The notes: a model not told the origin generated them from the letters alone. A DNA stretch of 54,731 nucleotides from an uncultured Acidobacteriota bacterium (GCA_964353465.1 CAYGWQ010000003.1:1-54731); one strand, 5' to 3'. Counted from the first letter of the stretch, positions 35,431-45,587 are shown. Numbers and translations are program-made.

Positions 35431-38400
35431 TTATTGCACCTTGCCACCCTGGGACCAGTGCATGGATTCCGTATAGATCGAGTTCAGGTCCGCACGCTGC
35501 AGGACATTGGCTGCCCCGGGCTCCTTGCGGATCTCTTCGAGGAGACGAACGGTCTCGCGGTAATGGCTTGCAGCCTCTGTGCCTTTGCCCGTCATGCGAA
35601 GGAGTGTCGCCATCAGGTAGTGAGTCCTTGCCAGCGTTGCTCGCAGCCCCAGCTTTTCACCGCTGGCCAAGGCACGTCCGAGCTCCTGCTGGGCGCGGGC
35701 ATAATCCTTGACATTCATCAAGGCTTCGGCCCTGTAAACGGAGCACTCTGCCACGAGGTACTTCCAGCCCAGGGAATCCGCTTCGCGCGACAATTCCTCG
35801 AGCTCCTTGACGGCCGCCTGAGTGTGGCCTTCTTTTACAGCCAACCTCGCCAGATCGAATCGGCAATGCAAGACCTTGCCCCGGTCCCCGGCCCGTGAGG
35901 CGGTCTGCAAAGCCCGCTGATAGAGATCGCGGGCCGATTTGTAGTCTCCCCGGATGAAAGGAACGTCGCCTTGATAATTGAGAATCTGGGCAACAAAGGC
36001 ATCGTTCTTGAGTTCTCGGGTCAGACTCATCGCTTCGTCCAGGCACTTTTGCGCCTCGTCACTCCGTCCCGCCTGTATCAGCGCGTCCCCGTAACTGCTA
36101 AGGATCTCCACCATCCAGAAGCTGCGATCTCCGAGCTCCTGAAAAGTCTTCAGCGCATCCTGCTTGGAGCTGACCGCTGCGCCGTACCGCCCCTGGTATA
36201 GGAAGAGGGTTCCGATGCTGGACGATTCTATGGCCGTTCCGCGCTTGTCACCGGTGCCCCGGTAGAGTTCCAGGGCGCGAAGGTAGTAAGACAGGGCCCG
36301 GTCATACAGGCCCATATTGGCGTTGGTCTCCGCCAGGTTATGCACCGTTTCCGCGATCTCGTCGGGGTGCTTGCTCTTCTCGCGCAACTGAAGAGCCTGC
36401 TGAAAATAGGTGGCTGCGTCTTCATACTGCCCTTTAACGAAGTAGCTGCTCCCAATGTTGTTCAGACATAAACCCTGATACTCTTCGTTGCCCAATTCCC
36501 GCTGGATCTTGAGCGCTTCCTTGATCAGGATCAACGCCTGATCGTGCTGGCCGCGGTCGTGGTAGAAACCGCCTAAATTAATCAGGGTTTCACCCAGGCC
36601 TACCCTGTCTCCAATCTCTCTCTCGAGTTGCAGCGCCTCCTCGTAGCTCTTCAGGGCAAGATCCGGCCTGCCGAGGCGCTCCTGGATCTGGGCGATCGGA
36701 TCCAGGCTCGCAGCTATGCCTCGCTTGTCGCCCAGGCGGCGCTTGATGGCCAGCGATTCCTGGTAATTGCGCAGCGCCTCGTCATCCTTGTTGAGCAGCC
36801 GGTAGGCGATAGCGATGGCCTGGAGGACTGCTGCTTTCCCTTCTTCGTTTTCAAGCTGGATGGCCAGCGTCAGGGCGCGGTTCAGATAATCGAGACCCCC
36901 CTGGGGATTCCCGCTCTTGTTTTCAACTCGACCCCTGGCCAGCAGGGCGTCCACTGATTTCGGATCACGCTCCAGAACCCTGCTGTAGTGCTCGCGAGCT
37001 TTGTCGAACAAGCCCGCCTGTTCGTTAAGCTGCGCGAGGTTGAACTGGATCTCAGCATCCTCGGGAAGCGCCTTGGCCAGTTTCTCGTAGGATTCAATGG
37101 CCTTTGCGTAATCCATCTTGACCTGCGCATAGCCGGCGAGGATCCGGGTTTTCTCATGCAGCGGAAGCTTGTCGCTCAAGTCCACAGCCTTGCGCGACGC
37201 TTGTTCCGCCTCGTTGTCATACCCGAGTCTGGCAAGGGTTTGACCCAGTTTGGCATATGCCAGTGCGAACTCCGGATCCTCCTTGGTGGCGGCCTGGAAC
37301 TGCTTTTGCGCCTCGAGATTCTTCCCCTGACGCAACAGCTGAAGACCTTCGTTATAATTGCGGAGCGCCAGCAGAGACTTGGAGGTAGGCATAAACGACT
37401 GCGCCTGCAGTTCTTTCACGGCAGACTCCGACAGGGAGAGGTTCTCGCGAATCGCTTGCGCCAGACGGTCTACTGCTGCCGGCAATGCTCCCTGGTTGGG
37501 CGCCTCCGTTTTTAATGCCGCCGTCCGTTCCTGTTTAAGGTCGTACAATGTGGCGTCAATGCGAACCTGTTCCCCCATCCTCGCAAATTGCCCCCAGACC
37601 ACCGTCTGCGCGTTGCTGAATTCCGCCAGGCGGCGCAAGGTTCTGGCATCCAAATTTGTATCCGCCGTGATGCGAAGATCCTGCAGAACCTGGTGCAGCC
37701 GTTCGGAAGAAACCATCCGAAGAGAAGACGACTGTCCCACGTCCGTACTTAGCCACTCGGCCAGGCTCGATCCGAGCCAGTCCAGAGATGGGTCACCGGA
37801 GGCGTTGCGAAAGGGGATGATGGCCAGCGAGACGACAGGACCCGCGGGCGTCGGCTTGACCGCTGTGCTGAATATTTTCCCGCGGAACACGAGGCCGACG
37901 ATCAGGATCAACACGAGGGCCAATCCCGATGCGATCCATTTCATTGGGAACTGCCGTACCGTCTGGAACCAGGGCTGGCGTAGAGTGGTGATATCCGTGC
38001 GCGGGCCGTGCCGCGCTTCAAGATCCCGTGCAATTTCCTGCGCGCTTGCGTAGCGCCGCTGCGTGTCAATTTCCAGGCACCGGACCACGATATCATTGAT
38101 GTACTTTGGTATCGTAGGATCCAGCTCGATCGGGGGGCGAGCGGGTTGCTGTGTGCGTTTTAGCAGCATCCCATAGGGGGTCGAGGCTTCATAGGGAGAC
38201 TGGCCGGTTAGCAACTCGTAGAAGATGATGCCGAGCGAGAACAGGTCCGACCTCGCATCGACCTCCTCGCCCTTGGCTTGCTCCGGTGACATGTATGCCG
38301 GAGTGCCAACCAACGTGCCGATTTGCGTGAGGCCGCTCGTATCCTTCGAGTGGGCGATTCCAAAATCCATGACCGCCACCCGGCCGTGCTTGTCCATCAT

Positions 38401-38991
38401 GATGTTCTGGGGTTTGAGGTCCCTGTGGATCACACCTTCCGCATGTGCGGCTTCCAGGCCGTGACAGACCTGCTCGATAATCCCGGCAGCTTCTTCCGGC
38501 GGCAACTTCCCGCGCTCGGCCCGAATGTTTTTCAGATCCCGGCCGTCAATATACTCCATGGAAATGAACTTCGTGCCTTCGGCTTCCCCCAGGTCGAAGA
38601 TGCGAATCACATTTTTGTGGGTGATCTGCCGCGCCAGGATCAATTCCTGCTTAAATCGCCGTGTGAGGTCCGGATGCCCGGCCAGATCTGGGCGAATGAC
38701 TTTCAGCGCAACCTCCCGGTCGACCTCGCGATCTCGAGCTTTATAAACCGCGCCCATCCCACCCTGACCGAGCATTTGCAGGATCTCATAACGCCCGCCT
38801 AGAACGTGTCCTGGCTGCAGCGCATGGGCGGGGCCGGAGATGCCTGTCTCGGGCTCAGTGTGTGTGCGGAGGTCACAAGCGCCCATATCGATAGTGGCTG
38901 TGGGTGCGCTTCCAGGGTCAAGAGGGGTGCTACATTTCGGGCATCGAATTGAGCCAGCGGGCGTGGCAACGTGACACTCAGGGCACTCCAT
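35431..38991 (-). CDS. Ser/Thr protein kinase with N-terminal zinc ribbon, one TM segment and a long TPR-repeat region
   Basis: MECPECHVATPAGSIRCPKCSTPL is a zinc ribbon. Hanks kinase motifs are present: GQGGMGAVYKA, HRDLKPQNIM, DFGIA, GTPAYMSPEQ. A TM helix (LALVLILIVGLVF) follows, then many TPR-like repeats. Confidence 0.9.
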   Translation of the reverse strand: MECPECHVATPAGSIRCPKCSTPLDPGSAPTATIDMGACDLRTHTEPETGISGPAHALQPGHVLGGRYEILQMLGQGGMGAVYKARDREVDREVALKVIRPDLAGHPDLTRRFKQELILARQITHKNVIRIFDLGEAEGTKFISMEYIDGRDLKNIRAERGKLPPEEAAGIIEQVCHGLEAAHAEGVIHRDLKPQNIMMDKHGRVAVMDFGIAHSKDTSGLTQIGTLVGTPAYMSPEQAKGEEVDARSDLFSLGIIFYELLTGQSPYEASTPYGMLLKRTQQPARPPIELDPTIPKYINDIVVRCLEIDTQRRYASAQEIARDLEARHGPRTDITTLRQPWFQTVRQFPMKWIASGLALVLILIVGLVFRGKIFSTAVKPTPAGPVVSLAIIPFRNASGDPSLDWLGSSLAEWLSTDVGQSSSLRMVSSERLHQVLQDLRITADTNLDARTLRRLAEFSNAQTVVWGQFARMGEQVRIDATLYDLKQERTAALKTEAPNQGALPAAVDRLAQAIRENLSLSESAVKELQAQSFMPTSKSLLALRNYNEGLQLLRQGKNLEAQKQFQAATKEDPEFALAYAKLGQTLARLGYDNEAEQASRKAVDLSDKLPLHEKTRILAGYAQVKMDYAKAIESYEKLAKALPEDAEIQFNLAQLNEQAGLFDKAREHYSRVLERDPKSVDALLARGRVENKSGNPQGGLDYLNRALTLAIQLENEEGKAAVLQAIAIAYRLLNKDDEALRNYQESLAIKRRLGDKRGIAASLDPIAQIQERLGRPDLALKSYEEALQLEREIGDRVGLGETLINLGGFYHDRGQHDQALILIKEALKIQRELGNEEYQGLCLNNIGSSYFVKGQYEDAATYFQQALQLREKSKHPDEIAETVHNLAETNANMGLYDRALSYYLRALELYRGTGDKRGTAIESSSIGTLFLYQGRYGAAVSSKQDALKTFQELGDRSFWMVEILSSYGDALIQAGRSDEAQKCLDEAMSLTRELKNDAFVAQILNYQGDVPFIRGDYKSARDLYQRALQTASRAGDRGKVLHCRFDLARLAVKEGHTQAAVKELEELSREADSLGWKYLVAECSVYRAEALMNVKDYARAQQELGRALASGEKLGLRATLARTHYLMATLLRMTGKGTEAASHYRETVRLLEEIRKEPGAANVLQRADLNSIYTESMHWSQGGKVQ

Positions 38992-39070
38992 AATCCAGTG
39001 CTTCCCCGGAAATCACTGCTTTGCCATAGCATAAGTCCTTGGGCAACTGCAATTCAAGCAACTTCAATGT

Positions 39071-40795
39071 TTAGGCTCCATTCTCCTTTTCCTCGAATAG
39101 CGGCACGATTTGGAACCGGCCCACGTCTACCAGCCCCTTGTCGGTGATCTTGAGCGCTGGTATTACGGGCAGGGCCAGAAAGGAGATGGCCGTGAACGGG
39201 TCGCGCAGATGGGAACCGAGCTGATGTGCGGCACGGATAAGGTTTTCCATCTGATCGCGCACCGCTTCGATCGGCTGATCGCTCATCAGTCCGGCGATGG
39301 GCAAAGGAAGCCTGGCCACGACACGGTCGCCTTCGACGGCAGCCATGCCGCCACGCATATCCGCAACGGCGTGTGCCGCAGTCATCATAGCAGCATCATC
39401 CACGCCCACGACGACGATGTTGTGGCTGTCATGGGCAATGGTCGAAGCGATTGCGCCGCGTCGCAGCCCTATCCCTCGCACCAGTCCCAATCCGAAGTTT
39501 CCGGTAGCCAGGTGCCGCTCGATGACGGCAATCTTGGCCACATCATGGCCCGGATCACTGACCACCTCTCCCGCCCTGATGGTCAGATCTTCCACCAGAT
39601 GTTCCGTGATCAGCTGGTCGGGAATCACGCCAATAACGCGCCCGCGCCGCCCCTGCGCGGGAATGCGCAGGTCCACCCGTTCCCAGTTGACATTCATGGA
39701 GGAGCGCAGGACAGCCGGTTTTAGCGGCCGTTCCCAGGCAATGACCTCGCCGTCCCGCGCAGCGAGCCGCCCGCCCCGAAAGACCATCTCTGCCCGGATA
39801 TTGTTGAGATCGGAGAATACCACCAGATCGGCGCGCTTGCCCGGCGCGATACCGCCGCGGTCGAACAACCGAAAATAGTTAGCGGTATTGAGCGTGGCCA
39901 TCGCGATCGCCATGAAAGGAGAAACCCCTTCCGAAACAGCTTTGCGGATCAGGAAATCAATGTGTCCTTCATTCAGCAGGTCCGCCGGCTGCCGGTCGTC
40001 GGTGCAGAAGCATACGCGGGGCCCGTTGGCGACAGTGAGCCCCGGAATAAGGCTGAGAAGATTGCGTGCGTTGGTTGCCTCGCGGATGAACACCACCATT
40101 CCCAGGCGAAGTTTTTCCCTCATCTCTTCGACGGTGGTGGATTCATGATCGGATCCGATGCCTGCCGCCACATACGCCACCAGGTCCCGGCCCGTCAGTC
40201 CCGGCGCGTGCCCGTCGCGGATTCCCTCCTCGAATCCTCGCAGTTTGTTGAGCACTTCTTCGTCGCCGAATATGACGCCGGGAAAGTTCATCATTTCACC
40301 CAGGCCCAGCACCCAACGGTCGCTCAGGTAATGCGAAATGTCATACCACCTCAGGTAGGCGCCGGCCGTTTCCATATCCGTTGCAGGCACGCAGGAAGGC
40401 ATCATGACATACACAGAGAGGGGGTTGTATTTGGCGGCATCGAACATGTAGCGGATGCCTTCCAGGCCCAGCACGTTGGCAATCTCATGAGGATCAATGA
40501 TGACGGTGGTCGTCCCGCGCGCGACCACCGCGCGGGCGAACTCATGCGGCGGGACCATGCTGCTTTCAATGTGAACGTGCGCGTCGATAAAGCCTGGACA
40601 GACATAGCGCCCGCCCAGGTCCATCACCTGACGGGCGGTGTAGCCGGAGCCCACGCCGGCGATTCGGCCATCGGCCAGCGCAATGTCGGTGGGATAGGTT
40701 TCTCCCGTGTAGACGTTGACAATACGCGCATTCGTCAACAGCATCTCGGCGGGCTCGGTTCCCCGCGCCAGCTTGATGATCTGGGCCAATTCCAT
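39071..40795 (-). CDS. ade: adenine deaminase
   Basis: LLTNARIVNVYTGE...GGRYVCPGFIDAHVHIESSM...TTVIIDPHEIANV... is typical of the Ade/AdeC amidohydrolase family, as is the size of about 570 aa. Confidence 0.9.
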   Translation of the reverse strand: MELAQIIKLARGTEPAEMLLTNARIVNVYTGETYPTDIALADGRIAGVGSGYTARQVMDLGGRYVCPGFIDAHVHIESSMVPPHEFARAVVARGTTTVIIDPHEIANVLGLEGIRYMFDAAKYNPLSVYVMMPSCVPATDMETAGAYLRWYDISHYLSDRWVLGLGEMMNFPGVIFGDEEVLNKLRGFEEGIRDGHAPGLTGRDLVAYVAAGIGSDHESTTVEEMREKLRLGMVVFIREATNARNLLSLIPGLTVANGPRVCFCTDDRQPADLLNEGHIDFLIRKAVSEGVSPFMAIAMATLNTANYFRLFDRGGIAPGKRADLVVFSDLNNIRAEMVFRGGRLAARDGEVIAWERPLKPAVLRSSMNVNWERVDLRIPAQGRRGRVIGVIPDQLITEHLVEDLTIRAGEVVSDPGHDVAKIAVIERHLATGNFGLGLVRGIGLRRGAIASTIAHDSHNIVVVGVDDAAMMTAAHAVADMRGGMAAVEGDRVVARLPLPIAGLMSDQPIEAVRDQMENLIRAAHQLGSHLRDPFTAISFLALPVIPALKITDKGLVDVGRFQIVPLFEEKENGA

Positions 40796-40945
40796 GGGCT
40801 GATCTCCTTATCGTTGTTTGCCTATCCGTCGCGAGCCTCTGTCGCCTGAGCCTTACGATTCGTCAATTGGTTGCCGGATCCATGGCCATACGGCCCCAAA
40901 ATGTTCCAGCTGATTCCCGAAACGCGGATCACCCTCCGCCCGGCA

Positions 40946-42301
40946 CTATTTATTCCGCCATCCTCTCACCGGCCCCGGGTGGAAAAAATCTTCCGGCACC
41001 ATCACGCCGTCGCGCTTAAAGACCATGCCGCTTTTCATGACAAACTGGACATTGCGCAGGGCGTCGATATCCGTCAAGGGATTGCCCGGCACGGCAATGA
41101 TGTCGGCGTACATTCCCGCTTTGATCGGACCGCGCTCCCTGTCCACATCGGCGGCCTTGTAGCCATTGACCGTTAGCGCACGGAGAATGTCGGGGGCCGG
41201 AATGCCCGCCGCCTTCCAGGTCAAGAGGAAGTTGATCGTAAGCTCTCCCCTGGTCAGCCACCGGCCGGTCTTCTCGTCCTTCATCCGGTCATTCCAATAG
41301 TCGAAGTCCGTGGAAAAAGTCAGCGGCACCTTGTTCGCAAAGGCACTTTTCAGTTTGGCAACCGTGCGCTCAAATGCCTCCTTCGAACCCCGGTACGGAG
41401 TGAAGGGCGTATCGGTGCCCGCCAGGAAAATGCCCTTCTGGGCCATCGCCTTGTGATGCTCCTCCGTCAGCGCGCTGCCATGGGCAATGATATACACCCC
41501 CGCTTCAATGGCGCGCCGCGCGCCATCCGGCGTCTGCACGTGCCCTTCCACCTTGCAGCCTCCGGTCGCCGCCTCCTTCATGGCAAGCTTGATATCGTCG
41601 ACCGAGTAGCCCCAAGGCTTGCAATCAATGCAGAGCTTGATGGTTTTGGCTCCGAACAGCATGTTCTCGCGGACCGCGCGTACGATCTCGTCCGGGCTGT
41701 TGGCATCAATGTATTCCGGATACATGATGTTGTGATTCTTATACATTTCCGGCGAAGGCCAGAACTGCCCGCCGGTGCTGCCGATCATCGGCCCTGAGGG
41801 GATCACGGTCGGACCCGGAAGCCATCCCTGTTCAATGGCCTGTCTCAGCGCCGCGTCCGCATACAGACCATTGTTCCCGACGTCCCGGACAACTGTGAAC
41901 CCGGAGCTCAGCAGCTGTATGCCATTGGAAGCAGCTTGAATCGCCCGCAGCGGCGTCGAGTCCATCACGTACGTCAGGTAATAATAGTTATTCTCCGGCA
42001 CTTCCTTGTAGGTTATGGCCATGTGCGTGTGGGCGTCGACCAGTCCCGGCAGTACCGTCAGTTTTGAAAGATCGATGACGCTCGCACCCGGAGGAATCGG
42101 CAGATCGGAGCCGACCTCTTTAATCCTCTCCCCCTGGATCAAAATGATCTGGTTTACGGCCGCCATTCCCGTTTCGGGATCGATGAGCCGGCCGGCTCGG
42201 ATGGCGGTTATGCCGGATTGCGCCGGCGGAGCCGCGATTTGCGCCCCGATCGGCAAGGCCAGCAGCAAAAGTGAAGTCGCGCAGGCTATTCGTCTCAACA
42301 T
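40946..42301 (-). CDS. exported amidohydrolase-family metallohydrolase (substrate unknown)
   Basis: GAAAGGAG lies upstream. The signal is MLRRIACATSLLLLALPIGAQ. LPGLVDAHTHM and the later H...H...D pattern are typical of the amidohydrolase superfamily. Confidence 0.8.
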   Translation of the reverse strand: MLRRIACATSLLLLALPIGAQIAAPPAQSGITAIRAGRLIDPETGMAAVNQIILIQGERIKEVGSDLPIPPGASVIDLSKLTVLPGLVDAHTHMAITYKEVPENNYYYLTYVMDSTPLRAIQAASNGIQLLSSGFTVVRDVGNNGLYADAALRQAIEQGWLPGPTVIPSGPMIGSTGGQFWPSPEMYKNHNIMYPEYIDANSPDEIVRAVRENMLFGAKTIKLCIDCKPWGYSVDDIKLAMKEAATGGCKVEGHVQTPDGARRAIEAGVYIIAHGSALTEEHHKAMAQKGIFLAGTDTPFTPYRGSKEAFERTVAKLKSAFANKVPLTFSTDFDYWNDRMKDEKTGRWLTRGELTINFLLTWKAAGIPAPDILRALTVNGYKAADVDRERGPIKAGMYADIIAVPGNPLTDIDALRNVQFVMKSGMVFKRDGVMVPEDFFHPGPVRGWRNK

Positions 42302-42521
42302 ACTACTCCTTTCAGGAAGGGGTAATGCTTTTCAGCGTATCTCGCATTTGTATCGCGCCGGCGCCGGGAGGGCAAGCCCGATTTGCAGGGCATATGCTTG
42401 CGTCTCATCGCGCATTCATGGATGTCCGGGAAAACCCGACGGAGAAAACAGGCGGGGCTGGCGCACCGCAATAGAAGCCAGGCAAAATCCGCATAGAGAA
42501 TATCCGTTATCACTGGAACAT

Positions 42522-43901
42522 TCACGAGCAACGGCGCGCGGCGCGCCGGATAAACCGTCCATACCCCGTTTCGCCGAGCCATACCCCTTTTTCCACAACA
42601 ACCCTGCCACGGCACAGAACCGTCTCGGCATCCCCCTGAACCCGGAAGCCCTCATACATAGAGTAATCCACACGCATGTGATGAGAGCGCGCCGAGATCG
42701 TGTGTTCCCGGCAGGGATCCCACACGACGATATCGGCATCGCTGCCCACAGCAATCACACCCTTGCGCGGCCAGAGGCCAAACAGCTTGGCCGGCGTCGT
42801 CGACACGATATCCACCCAACGATGCAAGGTGATGCGTCCCTGGGTCACGCCATGGTGAAACAGCAGCTGCAAGCGATTTTCAACGCCGGGACCGCCGTTG
42901 GGGATCCTGGCAAAACCTTCGCGTGCGCACTCCATCTTGAATTTCGAATACACGGGACAATGGTCGGTAGCAACAACCTGGATGCTGTTTTCCTGCAGCC
43001 CCTGCCAGAGTCTGTCCTGGTCCCTCTTTTCGCGTGCGGGGGGCGAAAAGACGTATTTCGCTCCCTCGAAGTCCGGACGGTCGAGGTCTGCGATCGAAAG
43101 CAGCAGATATTGGGGGCAAGTCTCGGCGAAAACCGGGAGACCCTCCGCGCTAGCTTGGGCGATTTGTTCCAGCGCATCGGCGGCGGAAAGATGCACGATG
43201 TATACGGGCGCCCCCGCCAGCCTGGCCAGCGCGATGGCACGGCCCACGGCCTCCGATTCCGCGGCGGACGGACGGGTAAGCGCATGATGGATGGGCAGAA
43301 TGTCGCCCGCAGCGATCGCCTCCTGCACCAGGAGGTCGATCATCAGGCCATTCTCCGCGTGGAGGCACACGAGCCCGCCGTTTTGTGTCGTCCGCCGCAT
43401 TGCGCGCAGGATGGTCCGATCGTCGGCCATCAATGATTGCGGATAGGCCATGAACAGTTTGAAGCTGGGCACGCCTGCATGCACCATTTCGTCCAGGTCC
43501 TCCAGATGTGCTTCGGGCAGATCCGTGACGATTATGTGGAGGCCGTAGTCGACCGTTGCCTTCTCGCCCTTTTTCAGCCAGATGTCCAGGGCGTCGCGCA
43601 TTCTCATGCCACGGGACTGGACTGCAAAATCGATCAGGCAGGTCGTTCCGCCGAAAGCGGCCGCGCGCGTGCCGGTTTCAAAATCATCACTCGTCACGGT
43701 GCCGCTGAACGGCATATCAAGGTGAGTATGGACATCTACACCACCCGCGATCACGTACTTCCCCGTTGCATCGATGACCTTGTCTGCCCGGATCCCAAGG
43801 TCCTCGCCGATGGCCTTGATCGTTTCATCTGCGATATAGATGTCCGCGCGGAAATCCCTATCGGCAGTTACAATTCGGCCATTCCTGATAAGGATGGACA
43901 T
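42522..43901 (-). CDS. hydA: dihydropyrimidinase / D-hydantoinase
   Basis: MSILIRNGRIVTADRDFRADIYI...IAGGVDVHTHLDMPF.GT...DDFETGTRAAAFGGTT is the canonical cyclic amidohydrolase N-terminus. The start lies 8 nt after the stop of the upstream gene. Confidence 0.9.
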   Translation of the reverse strand: MSILIRNGRIVTADRDFRADIYIADETIKAIGEDLGIRADKVIDATGKYVIAGGVDVHTHLDMPFSGTVTSDDFETGTRAAAFGGTTCLIDFAVQSRGMRMRDALDIWLKKGEKATVDYGLHIIVTDLPEAHLEDLDEMVHAGVPSFKLFMAYPQSLMADDRTILRAMRRTTQNGGLVCLHAENGLMIDLLVQEAIAAGDILPIHHALTRPSAAESEAVGRAIALARLAGAPVYIVHLSAADALEQIAQASAEGLPVFAETCPQYLLLSIADLDRPDFEGAKYVFSPPAREKRDQDRLWQGLQENSIQVVATDHCPVYSKFKMECAREGFARIPNGGPGVENRLQLLFHHGVTQGRITLHRWVDIVSTTPAKLFGLWPRKGVIAVGSDADIVVWDPCREHTISARSHHMRVDYSMYEGFRVQGDAETVLCRGRVVVEKGVWLGETGYGRFIRRAARRCS

Positions 43902-43909
43902 ACCGTTCC

Positions 43910-45265
43910 CTACTCGCCGGACACCAAACGGCGGGCTATGCGGTTGTGCCTTTCGATCAGGGGCACCAGGTCTATGGTCAGCAGGCTGCCACCCTGGACC
44001 ACAACCCTGCCGTTAATGATGGAGAGGTCCACACGCTGGGGCGCGCAAAACACCAGGGCAGCCATCGGGTCGTGAAGCGCTCCGGCATAGTCGAGCCGAT
44101 CCAGGCGGAAACCGATCAAATCGGCAGCCTTGCCCGGCGCCAACACTCCGATATCGTCGCGGCCCAGGACGCTTGCGCCGCCGGCCGTCGCCAGCCACAG
44201 GGCATCTCCGGCGGATAGGGCCGCCGGGTTCCCGGAGACGCGCTGCAACAACAGCGCCATCCGCGCCTCTGCGAGCAGGTGGGAAGAGTCATTGCTGGCC
44301 GAGCCATCCGCTCCCAATCCGATTCGGACTCCTGCATCGAGAAACGCCCGGACCGGCGCAATGCCGGATGCCAGGCGCATGTTGGAACTGGGGCAGTGGC
44401 ATACACCGGTGGCGGTTCGCGACATCCGTCCGATCTCCGCTGCATTGATATGCACCCCATGTGCGTACCAGACATCGCTGCCGACCCAATCCAGGCTCTC
44501 GGCATACGCCACCGGCCGCCGGCCGAACCGGCCGAGGCAGAATTTCTCCTCATCCAATGTCTCTGCCAGGTGAGTGTGCAGGTGCACACCATAGAAACGG
44601 GCTAAAGCCGCGGACTCGCGCATTAAGTCCGGTGTCACCGAAAATGGGGAACAAGGGGCGACAACAATCCGCTGCATGGCGTACAACCGAGGGTCGTGGT
44701 AGGTCTCGATGGCGCGCCGCGTCTCTTTGAGAATAAATCCCTCGTCCTCCACCACCCGGTCCGGCGGCAGCCCGCCTTTGCTCTCCCCCAGACTCATCGA
44801 ACCCCGGCTGGCGTGGAAGCGGATGCCTATCTCGTGTGCCGCTTGAATCTCGTCGTCAATGCGGCAGCCATCCGGGTAAATATACAGATGATCGGAAGCG
44901 GTGGTGCAGCCGGACAGGATCAATTCGGCCAGACCGACTTGGGCGCTTGTATAGATGGCTTCGGGCGTCAACCCGGCCCAGATGGGATATAGAGTCTTGA
45001 GCCATTGGAAAAGCGTGGCGTCCTGCGCTGCCGGGACAGCGCGCGTCAGAGTCTGACAGAGATGGTGGTGGGTATTTACCAGTCCGGGCAGGATGATCAT
45101 GCCGGCGGCATTCATGACCTGGTCGGCGGTAGCGGGCAGCTCGGCGGTTGGCCCGACCTGTTCTATGACGTTGTCTCGAATCCATACGCCGCCGTCTGAG
45201 ATACAGCGACGGTGCGCGTCCATGGTCACCAACAGATCAGCATGTTTCACCAGCAGCGTAGGCAT
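43910..45265 (-). CDS. 8-oxoguanine deaminase-like aminohydrolase (guanine/cytosine deaminase-related; occupies the position SsnA has in E. coli)
   Basis: Inside ORF 43910..45280. ATG 45265 is preferred, with GGAGA 9 nt upstream. TLLVKHADLLVTMD...GGVWIRDNVIEQVGPTAELP..ADQV...LPGLVNTHHHLCQTLTRAVPAAQDA.LF.WLKTLYPIW closely recalls proteins annotated as 8-oxoguanine deaminase. Confidence 0.75.
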   Translation of the reverse strand: MPTLLVKHADLLVTMDAHRRCISDGGVWIRDNVIEQVGPTAELPATADQVMNAAGMIILPGLVNTHHHLCQTLTRAVPAAQDATLFQWLKTLYPIWAGLTPEAIYTSAQVGLAELILSGCTTASDHLYIYPDGCRIDDEIQAAHEIGIRFHASRGSMSLGESKGGLPPDRVVEDEGFILKETRRAIETYHDPRLYAMQRIVVAPCSPFSVTPDLMRESAALARFYGVHLHTHLAETLDEEKFCLGRFGRRPVAYAESLDWVGSDVWYAHGVHINAAEIGRMSRTATGVCHCPSSNMRLASGIAPVRAFLDAGVRIGLGADGSASNDSSHLLAEARMALLLQRVSGNPAALSAGDALWLATAGGASVLGRDDIGVLAPGKAADLIGFRLDRLDYAGALHDPMAALVFCAPQRVDLSIINGRVVVQGGSLLTIDLVPLIERHNRIARRLVSGE

Positions 45266-45286
45266 AAGCTCGATCTCCATATAACT

Positions 45287-45587
45287 GGTTTCTGTCTCGA
45301 AACCGGCTCCGCTCCTAGCCCTGCCCCGCAGGGGCGGAAAGAGAATAGCCCCGGGCGCAAGCCCGGGGTGGGATCCGTGAGCAGCACGAAGCCCTGAAAG
45401 GGCGACAGAAAGAGGTTGCAGCCAAAGATCTTTCGCCCTTACCAGGGCTCATTCAATGCGACATCCTATCCGGGGGCTTGCGCCCCCGGCTACCATCTTT
45501 CCGCCCCTCCAGGGCGCGGCCTGCACATTCTGCTGCCTCCGGGGCTCAGCCGGCACATTCTGCGGCCTGGTTTCGCGACAGATACTA
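45287..45587. repeat. structured palindromic MITE-like element, copy B
   Basis: Parts in order: left end GGTTTCTGTCTCGAAACC; arm alpha GCCCCGCAGGGGCGGAAAGAGAATAGCCCCGGGCGCAAGCCCGGGGTGGGAT; central palindrome AGCCCTGAAAGGGCGA...TTTCGCCCTTACCAGGGCT; inverted arm beta ATCCTATCCGGGGGCTTGCGCCCCCGGCTACCATCTTTCCGCCCCTCCAGGGC; an internal ~30-bp duplication (GCACATTCTGC twice); right end GGTTTCGCGACAGATAC. It lies between the ygfK stop and the next start. Confidence 0.85.
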
